A program made the position numbers and the translations under genes. Of a stretch of 64,000 nucleotides of DNA, positions 12,991 through 24,285 are shown in pieces. The notes below the pieces were generated by a model, which saw only the letters and a list, made by a program, of their open reading frames with translations, was not told the DNA's origin and did not search any database. The DNA is from Macrostomum hystrix (Eukaryota > Animalia > Platyhelminthes): positions 2,170,001 through 2,234,000 of the forward strand of contig CATNEN010000037.1 in NCBI GenBank assembly GCA_950097015.1, given 5' to 3'. Positions within the stretch are counted from its first letter, which is position 1, and every line of letters begins with the position of its first letter.

Positions 12991-13128
12991 TGAAAGCGCT
13001 GTGCTGCTGATCGTAAATATTTTTACGAAGAAAGCAAGACAAGAAAATATAATCCAAAACATTTGTTAACTAAGGCACATACTTCTCGAAAAACGCATAT
13101 TATACTACTGCCTGGCTTTGCAGCAATC

Positions 13129-13431
13129 ATGAGCAGCATTGGAACTGGCTACGATTTGGACGTGTCCGAGTACAGTCCTGAGGGCAAGCTATTCCAGGTA
13201 GAATACGCGCACAAAGCTGTTGAATCCAGTGGCACCGCCGTCGGCATCTGCTGTCGCGACGGCGTTGTACTGGCCGTTGAAAATATTGTCACCTCCAAGC
13301 TGCACGAGGCTAATTGCAATCGGCGTGTCTTTCACATTGACCGGCACATTGGAATGGCCGCCTCCGGCCTGCTGCCCGACGCACGCGCTATTGCTAGGCA
13401 CGCTCGCGAAGAGGCCGCCGAATATCGCCAG
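13129..13431 (+). CDS. PSMA3: 20S proteasome subunit alpha-7 (PSMA3) exon 1
   Basis: [10 protein letters not shown]...[17 protein letters not shown] is the diagnostic PSMA3 N-terminus; donor CAG|gtgaaa at 13432, phase 0. Confidence 0.96.
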
Positions 13432-13469
13432 GTGAAAATACCTATAGTGACAGGATCTATGTTTATTTA

Positions 13470-13858
13470 GGGATTCCCAGGTTTCTAACCAGGAAATCCC
13501 AGATTTCTAACTGGGGAATCCCAGATATCTGATTCTGGAATCTCAGGCTTCTAACCGGGGAATCCCCGATATCTAACCGGAGAATCCCAGGTTTCTAACT
13601 AGGGAATCTCTTATATATAATTCTGGAATCTCAGGCTTCTAACCGGGGAATCCCCGATATCTAACCGGAGAATCCCAGGTTTCTAACTAGGGAATCTCAT
13701 ATATAATTCTGGAATCTCAGGCTTCTAACCGGGGAATCCCCGATATCTAACCGGAGAATCCCAGGTTTCTAACTAGGGAATCTCATATATATAATTCTGG
13801 AATCTCAGGCTTCTAACCGGGGAATCCCCGATATCTAACCGGAGAATCCCAGGTTTCT
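13470..13858. repeat. ~87-bp higher-order repeat built from ~22-bp subunits, ~4 copies, PSMA3 intron
   Basis: TTCTGGAATC recurs at 13533, 13621, 13707 and 13795. Confidence 0.88.
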
Positions 13859-13980
13859 TGATGCTTGATAATTACCAAGCTCGGTAATTCAAGTGTTAAT
13901 TGGCTACTTGTTCTACTACAAGTAGAGCACATAAACTTATGTCTTTATTCCTCATATTAAAACCCACAATTTTCCCGCAG

Positions 13981-14436
13981 TCGCACGGCGAGCCGATTCC
14001 CCTAGCCGAGATGGCCAGTCGGGTCAGCAATCTGGTTCACGCCTACACCATGTACAGCGCCGTCCGGCCGTTCGGCTGCGGTGTTCTACTGGCCTCGTTT
14101 GAGAATGGCAGGCCGCTTCTGTACGGTGTGGAGCCATCCGGCGTCTACTACAGTTACCATGGTTACGCTATTGGCAAGGCTAAGCAGAACGCCCGCACCG
14201 AGATTGAGAAACTAAAATTATCCGACCTATCCGCCAGGGACGGTGTTAAAGAGGCCGCCAAAATTATCTATTCTTGTCACGACGAGGTTAAGGATAAATA
14301 TTTTGAATTAGATCTATCCTGGACTTCGGTTGGCACGGACGGGCGTCACATGATTGTGACCGGAGAGCAATGGACCGAGGCTAGCAACTACGCCAAGGCG
14401 GCGTTGGAGGAGCACGACTCGGAAGATGACGCTTAA
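13981..14436 (+). CDS. PSMA3: 20S proteasome subunit alpha-7 (PSMA3) exon 2
   Basis: Acceptor cccgcag|; AYTMYSAVRPFGC...GYAIGKAKQNARTEIEKL...HDEVKDKYFELDLSW and an acidic tail EEHDSEDDA*; total 252 aa. Confidence 0.96.
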   Translation, partial: SHGEPIPLAEMASRVSNLVHAYTMYSAVRPFGCGVLLASFENGRPLLYGVEPSGVYYSYHGYAIGKAKQNARTEIEKLKLSDLSARDGVKEAAKIIYSCHDEVKDKYFELDLSWTSVGTDGRHMIVTGEQWTEASNYAKAALEEHDSEDDA

Positions 14437-14800
14437 GGAGGAAAATCCGCTGAGATTTATCCCCGGTATGACTGAATGTATCGCCTGTCTCTCTGTTCGA
14501 TGCTGCCTCCCAACTGGTGTGGCATGCTCGCTGTTTCTGTTCTATTTTCATTTTTTGCTGCTTTCTACTACTATTACTAATCTTATTATTCCGATTGAAC
14601 GCGATAGTCAAATGCATTGCGTGCTACTGTTAGTAGGAAGTATAGGGATTTATATTTTTGTCTTACTAGAACTAGGCTAAATTTAACAGATAATAATAGG
14701 GTCTTCATCGAATTTTCAATCGGTAGCTATTTATAAAAAACGCCCAGTTGACATAACATTTTTATTTGTTGTTCTGCAAGTGTAGCAAAAAGTGATACAC

Positions 14801-14806
14801 AATAAA
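14801..14806 (+). promoter_or_regulatory. Candidate polyadenylation signal of PSMA3
   Basis: AATAAA ~365 nt after the stop codon. Confidence 0.4.
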
Positions 14807-15204
14807 AATGTATTGCTGTTATATGAATTGGCAGTTTTTTAAGGGACAATAGCTCCACTCACTGACAACAATTATAATCGTACTAGTTTGTGCCTAATAA
14901 TAAAAATAAAATAATCACAAATGCTAAAGTGCTAGTTTTTGTGCCTGTTCAAAATAACGCCTGCTGTTTTCTAAAGTTTCTTTGTACGCATATTACGCAT
15001 ATCAGGTAAAGTGGTGTTTCACATGCATGCACTCTAAACCAGAAATATTTTAATTTAACAACTGGAGACTATGAGATCTTGAGATCACTTGAAAATTGGA
15101 AGAATTCATATTGCATCCGAACTATTCTATCCAGAAACTTCAAAAGAACCTGCAGAATCCGAAATTGTCTACTCGGAAAAGTTGTAGTACAAAAATCAGC
15201 ACTA

Positions 15205-16030
15205 TTCGAATCAGAAGCAACTTGGAAGAACTTGTAGAATCCGAAAATCTTCTATTCGTAAAATTGGAATAACTGATAGAGTCCTAATATTGTTATATTG
15301 GGAAAATTGGAAGAACTGATGGAATCCGAAAATCTTCTTATTCGGAATATTGGAAGAACTGATGGAATCCGAAAATCTTCTATTCGGAATATTGGAAGAA
15401 CTGGTAGAGTCCTAAAATGTTATATTGGGAAAATTGGAAGAACTGGTGGAATCCGAAAATCTTCTATTCGGAATCTTGGAAGAACTGATGGAATCCGAAA
15501 ATCTTCTATTCGGAATCTTGGAAGAACTGATGGAATCCGAAAATCTTCTTATTCGGAATATTGGAAGAACTGATGGAATCCGAAAATCTTCTATTCGGAA
15601 TCTTGAAAGAACTGATGGAATCCGAAAATCTTCTATTCGGAATCTTGGAAGAACTGGTAGAGTCCTAGAATCTTCTATTCGGAGTCTTGGAAGAACTGAT
15701 TGAATCCGAAAATCTTCTATTCGGAATCTTGGAAGAACTGGTGGAATCCGAAAATCTTCTATTCGGAATATTGGAAGAACTGGTGGAATCCGAAAATCTT
15801 CTATTCGGAATATTGGAATAACTGATAGAGTCCTAAAAATGTTATATTGGGAAGATTGGAAGAACTGATGGAATCCTAAAATTTTATATTCAAAATCTTG
15901 GAAGAACTGGTGGAATCCGAAAATCTTCTATTCGGAATCTTGGAAGAACTGGTGGAATCCGAAAATATTTTATTCGGAATCTTGGAAGAACTGGTTGAAT
16001 CCGAAAATCTTCTTTTCGGAATCTTGCAAA
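15205..16030. repeat. ~42-bp minisatellite (GGAAGAACTGATGGAATCCGAAAATCTTCTATTCGGAATCTT), ~19 copies
   Basis: Tandem periodicity with a variant monomer. Confidence 0.9.
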
Positions 16031-16516
16031 AGCTTTAAAATCTGATATCTTCTTTCAGAAATATTTTTCAAGCACAAGAAATTTATTTATGCTCAACAGT
16101 AACTGCCAGTCAGGAGGATGATTTGAATCGTATCTTCTCTCAAGGTTAATTACAAGTGAATAACTCCCATGTGGGCCTTATTTTATTTCCCTTGTCGGTT
16201 ATTTTTTATTTCTTTCTCCACACATGCTCTGGCGAGCTCATCCCGCGCTTTATAGTAGCCGAATTGATGATGCTCAGTAGGACTCTGAAACACAACTGGG
16301 CGGTCGTGAATCTACGCAGCATGCTATCTTTAATTGCAGATCAAATTATTTTGTACGACAAAATCTCCCTATACGACTTAAAGCTGCACCGAGTCGGCCG
16401 TGCAAGACTCTATGACGACCTCTGCGAATTGCTGGCTGTTTATTAACAGCATTTTCAATGAGGTGAGGGCGGCAGTGCCTATCTCGAGTCCCTTTTGGAA
16501 TGCATTCGAAGCCTCA

Positions 16517-16610
16517 TTAATTAATTATTTTCGTCTTAAGACCGCCTTGGGAACCATTTGCTAAAGAAATTTGCTCGACTTCTATCCTCAATCGATACTC
16601 ATTCCTATGT
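16517..16610 (-). CDS. Candidate coding exon 2 of the secreted precursor (option A)
   Basis: Acceptor gctaattctgcag| is phase-compatible, giving R-HRNEYRLRIEVEQISLANGSQGGLKTKIIN*. An alternative exon at 16843-16702 is described in the findings. Confidence 0.3.
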
Positions 16611-16809
16611 CTGCAGAATTAGCTAATTTAATTAATTTGGTGACTTTCCATTCGAGCCTTGGATTGGAAGGCGGACTAAAAGTTGTCCTATTGTTTACTG
16701 GCTATTTGCCAAAGATTCCGTTGGCCCACTGCTTCCACTGACTCATCTGCTGACCCACGCTTTTGGTGAGTCGAAGATACTTCGAGAGAACTGACTGACC
16801 TTCTCTTGC

Positions 16810-16960
16810 ACAACTTGGTGTACTTCTTTTGAGCTTCTGACTTCTGACTAAAAGGACTGTAGTTCGAATCTCAGCCCCAGGGAGACTATTGGGTCCTTGT
16901 CTAGGCGCGACACTTAATTCCAATAGTTCAGTTCACCCAGCTGTTACATAGTAGACTGAG
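16810..16960 (+). mobile_element. Degraded SINE 5' half
   Basis: GACTTCTGAC...GTTCGAATC followed by GACACTTAA...TTCAGTTCACCCAGCTGT. Confidence 0.6.
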
Positions 16961-17808
16961 TAACTGTTCGCAGTCTTTAGATGCGCTACTCAATAGCTTG
17001 CCCATGCGTTTTATTTCTACTTTATTACCTATTCCGAAGTTGTCGGAAGCAAGGATGCTGTTTAGTGGAAGGACGCAATAATTTTAATCTAGGGAAACTT
17101 TTTAAAGCCACTTCGAATTGTTTTTGTTTTAATATGGTTTGGGACCTTTTAAATTATACAATAGCAATTTAGAGCTAATTTATACTCGTACATTCATACT
17201 TTACTAGCTTGAGTGCGCTCTGGCTTCCAAGGTATGACTGAGTACAGGCTTAGTTAGGTAGTTAAATTAAAATATCTTTTAAACTATGCTGATAAATGGA
17301 AAAAATACACTTATTTCAATATGGATTTACACAATGTAACACACACAATGTGAGGCATTTTTCAGTAAAAATCTGAATTTAATAAAAAAAATTCCAAGAA
17401 ACGAAGTGTCCCGTCCTTCTTCTATTGGTCTTTCAGTGCATCATTGCGGGCATTTCTGCGAGAAACTTGTGAAACTATTCAGTGAAATAATTCGAAAACT
17501 TGTTTTTATTACAGTCTGGTTTTCCGGATCGGCGGTATTAAGTTTTCAGACCACTTTATATATTTAAATCGTGTATTTTGTCAACCAAATTGCAAAACAA
17601 TGAAAAGGTTTCCGATCTACTAGTCCATCATATCGAAAAGGCAGTAAAGTTGAAGCTTTAATATCGTGCTGTTTCAATCGACTTAGTTCGAAGGTTTATA
17701 GTTTGTTCTTACCGCCCGGCTCTGAAAATGAAAAAAACCAAACCTGGCGTGAGATAGACAGATCGATACAACAATAATTGAAAAACTACAAATTTTCACA
17801 ACACAAAC

Positions 17809-18113
17809 CTGAAATCAGTCGGCCTGTACTTGTTCGACTTGAGAGTGTCCCACAGTGCTTTGTACATCTTATTGACGTTGCTAGCGGCCCGACGCTCAAC
17901 GCTACTACTGCCGGTCGGATAGTTAAAGTAGTAATTGCCATCCATCGGTGTGTCCTCCATGGAAGTCGAGGTGGCAATTAGGAAGGCCTGGCGCGGATGA
18001 ACAGCCAGAGACTGCTGCTGCTGCTCTGATGGAAGCAAAGAGAGTCGCATGGCTCCACCGGTAGAAACAATAGCCATAAGTACTAGGGCCAGGTTAAGTG
18101 TGCTGAGTAGCAT
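17809..18113 (-). CDS. Secreted prepropeptide (neuropeptide/peptide-hormone-like precursor), coding exon 1
   Basis: ATG at 18113; MLLSTLNLALVLMAIVSTGGA is a signal-peptide-like segment, then a spacer, the dibasic site ERR and AASNVNKMYKALWDTLKSNKYRPTDF-R; donor TTCAG|gtttgt at 17808 (phase 2). Upstream CCAAT and TATA-like boxes. No family recognised with certainty. Confidence 0.6.
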
Positions 18114-18204
18114 TTTTGCCAGTGAATTGAGTCTAAAGAGTTGCTCGTTCGTTAGCTTCTGTAGAACACCGTGACTGCGAACAGCTGTGAGCACCAAGGT
18201 GCTT

Positions 18205-18265
18205 CTATTTAAAGGCAGGTGTAGCCCTTGCGATTGGAAGATATTAGACCGATCCCTCTGATTGG
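18205..18265 (-). promoter_or_regulatory. Putative Pol II promoter of the secreted precursor gene
   Basis: On the - strand: CCAAT at 18265-18261 and 18237-18233, and TATA-like TTTAAATAG at 18213-18205, ~95 nt upstream of the ATG. Confidence 0.45.
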
Positions 18266-19587
18266 ATCTGACTGCAGCATGACCTCGTCAATGAACAAAT
18301 TTTGCTTGAGCCAAGCGGCAGGCTCTTTTCTGAGAATGCAATCTATGTTATTATAATTTTAAACTTAAATATGACGCATACTACTGTTAGTAATACGAGA
18401 GTTGTTAGCTCGACATCTTAATCTTACGATGCTATTCTATCTATTAATTTTATATAAATTGCTTATCTCTGTGTCTCTTAGGCCACGAGACCAACAGTAC
18501 TTGCCATATTGACTGAGTTATAGAACAACTGACACTGGCAACTAGTATATGGAATCTGTGGCTTAGCCTGTACCAATACAATCATATATAATAATTGAAT
18601 CATTAAAAGGGAGCTGCATGAAAATCAAAGATCAAATATTAGGAATTGTATGGTATTTTTTGACATTCATAGACTTTTTGGAAGAAAAGAATCCGACAAT
18701 CCTCTTGGATTCATTAAGAAAATCACTATACGAGCTTTTAGTACACGGGTTCTTTACCTCCTCAAGCTCCATTTCAGCTGAGCTGCAAAACCATACACAT
18801 GCTATACCGACCCGCGCGTACTTGTCAAAAAGCTAATCTGTACCTGCATTCGGCGATTTGCGATTTGCATTTCGGCGATAAACAAAATAAAGGGGAAAAA
18901 TCTGAAAAAAGGTAAAGTGGCGCAAGTTTGTGGTCTAATTTTTTTTGTTTTGTAATTGAGATTTTCTATCACGCCGTTCCCCGGTCGGTCAGATTGACGT
19001 ACGCATAGTAGTAGACAAATTGAAAAATTGCAGGGCCAATGATATAAAAAATGATTTTTTCTGAGATATAAGTCCTTAAGAAGACACTAAGTCTTAAGGA
19101 AAAAATAGTAAAGCGAGAAACTCCTGGAATATTTCGTATATATCGAATAGATTTAAATATATATTTTAACCATATCACTATGGAGTGCATTTGAGACTGT
19201 TGCTCTTAGTTTACTTAATAGCTATTAATTTTCCTTTTGTGGAAGAAAAAAATGCGCTGTTAAGCCGTGGTTAAATTGCTTAAAAAAGACATGCACTTCA
19301 ATTTTCTTTCCTCGTGTTCAAATTTGTGTAGCGAAAGTTGTCCTATCAAATCGTAAGCAACGATTGCAATGATTTTTTAAACCAAATTTAGATTCTTAGA
19401 AACGTGTTAAATTTTCTGTGGCTACATACGACTACCATTAGCTGTGTTCGTCTTTGTCAGATGCTAAGTATTAAACCTGAGGTTTGTGCTGCCTGTGAAA
19501 GCAGATACTTAAGCTTATTGTTTAATTGATTCAGAAAAGCTTCGTTTTCAAAGTATTGTTTTGTAAGAGATATTTAGTTGATAAATT

Positions 19588-19726
19588 ATGGTCGCTGAAT
19601 TCCCTGTTGCTAAACTTCTATATCTTGCTGTTCGACAGCTTGGAAAGCCAGTTGCAAATTTTTTGAAAGAGCGAGCAAAGACTAGTTCGTTTTTTCGAAA
19701 CTATATATGCACACCACCAGCCCAAT
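19588..19726 (+). CDS. OPA3: OPA3 (optic atrophy 3 homolog, mitochondrial) exon 1
   Basis: [31 protein letters not shown]...YICTPPAQ matches the OPA3 N-terminus; donor T|gtaagt at 19727, phase 1. Confidence 0.94.
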
Positions 19727-20224
19727 GTAAGTCGTGGTGCGCATACGTTTTTATTTTAGTCACTTGTTACATAAAAGCATGTCAGCTAGCTTTGAACAAT
19801 TAGTTTGTTAGTTCTCCCAGTGACAGAATAGGCTAATTCACCATTAAAAATTTCTAGCCGGGACTAGACCTGGTGCTTCATGTCCATTGTAAAAACTCAA
19901 CTGCTATTTACCTCTAAACAAATCTTTTTTCTATTGCTATAGCATAGGTTTGCCTTTTTTAGACCAGGTTCTAGCTCTTATAGAATACTAGCTTTTTTTG
20001 CCCGTTGTTTTTGGGGCAGAAATTTAAAGCAAAGCAGTAAGCAATTCACGTCTCTGTATTAACTTTATAGTGAAGGTCACCATTTATTTATTTACTGCAT
20101 TAATGAAAAGTGAAGAGTTTGTTTAAGGGCGTTTTAAGTAAAAAAGAAGTGAAAAGTTTGTCCAAACAGCCCCCTCTTGATTACTTCTTTAGAAACATGT
20201 CTCTTAGCCACTCCTCTATACAGT

Positions 20225-20486
20225 CAGTGGCAGATCCAGGAATTTTGTTTTGGGGCGGTCTGTCAGGGGAGCGCCATGAGAATCACAGAGGGCCGAAAAA
20301 GGGCACCAGGAGCCAAGAAAAGGCGCCAGCGGCTGAAAAACGGGAGCCAGCGGCTGAAAAAGGGGCGCCAGCAGCCGAAAAGGGGCGCCAGTGCTGCGAC
20401 TGGCGCCCCTGGTGGGGGCATCTTATTCCCATGATTAAAATTTAGGGGGGCGACTGCCCCCCCGCCCCCCTCTAAATCTGCCTCTG
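20225..20486. mobile_element. 262-bp MITE with 8-bp TSD (hAT-like), nested in the Helitron
   Basis: Imperfect TIRs CAGTGGCAGATCCAG / CTAAATCTGCCTCTG; identical flanking TATACAGT at 20217-20224 and 20487-20494. Confidence 0.8.
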
Positions 20487-20638
20487 TATACAGTATGCAT
20501 GTACACGCGTAGACATAAAGAAAATAGCCATGACATAACAATAACAATGTCAAAGAAACAAAATTAAACTGTTTCAGAGTTCAGAGTTAGACAGGTCAAG
20601 GTCAATTCGTGACTACTTTTCTATTAATTGCTTGCGAG

Positions 20639-21290
20639 TCATCTCAAGGCCTGGGGATACACCACATTCTTCGTTCTTCCCCTTGGTGCGAAAATGAATA
20701 GGCCAGCTGGAGTTCCAACATGGGAGCAGGCGACATAAAGCTGCCCATGCGAGAAGCACGGAGTCTCCAGGTTGATGCCAGCCACCTTCAGCGACTGTCC
20801 CTGAGCCTTGTTAATAGTCATCGCAAAGCACACTCTCACAGGGAACTGCAGTCGCTTGAACTGAAATGGCAGGTCCGTGGGGATAATTGGAATCCGGGGA
20901 ACGAACACAGACTCTCTTCTGCCAGATCCAGTCATTATCGTGGCCTCAATCACATGTGGGAAGAGCCGCCTGACTATCAGTCTGGTGCCGTTACACAGCC
21001 TTGGCGCATTCAGGTTGCGGAGGAGCATAATTGGTGCCCCAACTTTCAGCTGCAAGTTGTGCGATGGAGTTCCAGGAGGATCTAGAGAGTTCAGAAACTC
21101 AACAGGATACTCCACAGCGGTGTCATCAGTCAACGTTGTATCAATTGACTTGTAGGTGAAAACTGCACCTGGCAACTCCTGAAGCAGTTGGTAGTTAATT
21201 TCGTTGGCGGCATCATTTCTAGGACACAGAATTGCCCTCTCTGACAGCCAGTCAACGTCAGCATATCGAGAGAAATAGGCTGGCTGGAGA
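20639..21290 (-). pseudogene. Helitron RepHel PIF1-like helicase C-terminal fragment
   Basis: RAILCPRN...LLRNL...LCNGTRL...FAMTINKAQGQSL...FSHGQLYVACSHV...TKNVVY. The Rep domain and helicase motifs I-III are absent, and motif VI reads SHV instead of SRV. Confidence 0.92.
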
Positions 21291-22870
21291 GAAATATAAA
21301 CCGGAGAGCCCTGCGCACTGGGACGCCACCGCACTCACCGCACTCAGTCTCAGTGCTGCTTGGGGGCCAGTAGACAGTCTAGGGGTTTGGGCTGTGTACA
21401 TTCACGGCTTGAAATACAATGTACAGTCTGGGGCTTCGGCGCCCGGGGAAGGGAGGGGGTGGCTGTTATAAAATTTGGCCCGCAGAGTGGCAGAGGGGAG
21501 TTGGGGTGGCTGTCCTCGGAAAACAAAAAGTGACTCACTTTGAGATGATGCAGCTTTGCTCTGGATTGAGTAGAGATGTTCAAAATTGACAGCATTGTTG
21601 GAAAACATGTAAAGTGTAAGTGGATCAAATTTGGAGAAAATCTGACAAAGTGGGGCGACAATATGTCGAATTGAGTGATTTTTTGACGATTTTTGAGCAG
21701 TTTTTTGCACTTTTGAGCAGGAAGGAAATGATTTTTCGGGAATTTGAGTAGCCTATTGCACTCAGCGTAGGTGGTTTAAGGTATGTGCAAAGTTTGGTGC
21801 GATTTGGTTCAGCGGTTTCGGCGTCTATAAAGACAAAAGGTTGCACACACACACACACACACACAGACAGACAGAGTTTTCACTTTTATATATATAGATA
21901 TAGAATATATAATAATATAAAGAATATATATGGAAACAAATATATGCACACTTACTTTAGCTAGGCTAGGCCTTGCTATTCCAAAGTAGGCCAAGTAGTT
22001 CAATAAAATATATAAGTTGATATTTAATTTTAAAAAATAATTTAGGATTAAATTTATCTAATATAGTAAATATCTTACTAAACACAAGTCTATTTCATTT
22101 GATGGTAAAAACCTAAACATTATTATTTTTTAGAATTGTTATAAAATGAAAACTATGATATAGTTCAAGCACTTTTATATATTCATATAGTGTAGTTGGT
22201 CTATATGCAAGACCTAGTTAGCAATTATTAGCATTTATATCTATTGACTTTAATGTTCTAAAAAGTTTCCTGTTGCTAAACTTTGATATACTCTTGCTGT
22301 TTGACAGCTTGAAATTATTCATAATCTTATTCTTTAGCCATTTGGCCAATAGCTACTATTTGGCAATATGATCCTATGAAAAGTTCCAGATAATTTTTTT
22401 AAATAAACTGCCTTGTTAGCTATGTAAATTGGGCTTTTTTGTTGTAGCCACTCAGACACTTACTTCTGGATTATCTCAGTTCTTCCTAGCACAGGTAGAA
22501 ATTTGGATTAAGTGTTGTGCTCTGCAAAGCAGTGTGGCCCAAATTAAATGAGACAGCCAGTATGCAGTTGAAATTATGTAAACATTAAGGCCTTGCAAGG
22601 CCAGAATACTGGTTGTTTATTATTCAGTATAAGACCCCCCAAATGCCTAGTCCAGCACAAACCAGGCTGGGGTGGGGCAGACAAACACCTCCTGCCAATC
22701 AGAAATTAGAAAGGCTGCATGCACTGATAGGGTTGGCGCGAGCCACATACACCACAGGTGGGTTACAGGAGGTAGCATCCTCAGTTTATAGAACAGAACA
22801 ATGGGCTTTGTGGTGATTTCTATTCTGTTGTATTGTTTCTACTAACCCAGATTTTAAATTTTATACACAG

Positions 22871-23190
22871 TGCACCATTGGTATGACACCAGGCTGAAGA
22901 TGCAGGCCATGGGCCTCGGCAAGCCAAAAACTGTAGCCAAGCTAAATCCAGAGCAAGCGGTGGACACTGGCGCCACAATTCTAGGCGAGGCTGTCATCTA
23001 CGTGATTGCCGCCACCACAATCATTCTGGAATATATGAGACAGTCGCGACGGGACAGCGCCAAGGAGGAGCAGGCCAAGCAGCGCATGACCGATCTGGTT
23101 GACACGCTACAGGAGCTCACCATGGTTACAGAGAAGCACGCCGCACACCTGAGAGAACTGGAGCGATTGTTGCACTCTGGGAAGCGATGA
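22871..23190 (+). CDS. OPA3: OPA3 exon 2
   Basis: Acceptor acacag|; T+TG gives Leu, then HHWYDTRLKM...KLNPEQAVDTGATILGEAVIY...LEY followed by a coiled coil; total 152 aa. Confidence 0.94.
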
Positions 23191-24285
23191 AAGTGCTAAA
23201 AATTATCCTAATATTGCTCTGCTCTTTCTCAGTGTTATCGGTACAAATATGCAAATTTTCTTAGAATTTCTAGAACTTGAAGATCAGAGAAATGCCTTAA
23301 AATTACAACTAATTTTATTTTAATTGGTTAGTATATTGCGTGATTAACCCGTTTTAGCCTTGGGGTAACTCAAAGCTATGCAGGCCAACAGTAGCTACTA
23401 CTATTAATGCGATATAAATTTTTAAATATAAGTAACAATTTATCTCCCGTTTGATGTCATAAGAAAACTCGTTTGACCAGGTTTGTGTCTACACCGGAAT
23501 CTGCCGAACGATTTATTGCTAAAAATTAGGCCGTTATCGCCGATTAAAGTACTCAATTAAAGTAATTATGTGGTGTATTACTCAACTAATTAGCGCTCCC
23601 GTATTTTCACAAGTTTTTTCTGTCCATTTTGCTTCAAATCGTGTTGAATGCTGTCTCTGGGTACTTGACACTTGGCTAGGTCAAACTATAAAACGTTTAA
23701 TTAACTGATTAAAGAAAAAGAATGAAATAATTAACCAATTTGTGTCAGGTACCCCAATTAGAAAAAATTGTTTGTTTGCGACAAATTTATTCAGCAATTC
23801 AAGTCATCTGTTATTTACTAGCAACTGTACTGAATCTTATGCATCAACTGCAGCCTAAGTATAGAAAAATACAGGCTTACTACTTACAGTAGTTTAAAAT
23901 CACCCGTGAAGTTTACTCAGCTATTTAAAAAATCTGGCACAATCACTTGTGCATTGATGTCGATTCTGAGTTTTTTTATAGTCAAATCTAGAGCTTTGAA
24001 AATAAGATTTGTCATAACCGTTTCCAGTTGACTTTTCATTATTTTCTTTAGGCTATTTGTGATTGTTAAGAGCATTATTTTTACTATGGGTTTGCGTCTC
24101 TCATTGACTGTCTATTGTCTGGGTTCATGCAATCTGTAGAATTGCCATTGCATTGTGTAGCGCTGTTCCTCGATATGAGACAATTAAATGCACTGAACTA
24201 AAAAGAAATCGTTTGATTTCTACTCATTAGCAAATTCGCTGCAGCAATTACTCCTCACAGCAATGACACAGCACTCTTTTAACCT

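Larger units (their letters stand above)
19988..21898 (-). mobile_element. Non-autonomous (internally deleted) Helitron with both termini, in the OPA3 intron
   Basis: The 5' end reads A|TCTATATATATAAAAGTG (21898) followed by a (TG)n tract. The 3' end has a hairpin TGCCC...GGGCA (20018-19999) then CTAG|T (19991-19988). Inserted between A and T with no TSD; carries a PIF1-type helicase C-terminus. Confidence 0.85.

Noticed and set aside
20639-21334. Host PIF1 helicase gene
   Set aside because: It is enclosed by Helitron termini, lacks the N-terminal motifs and introns, and has an altered motif VI.
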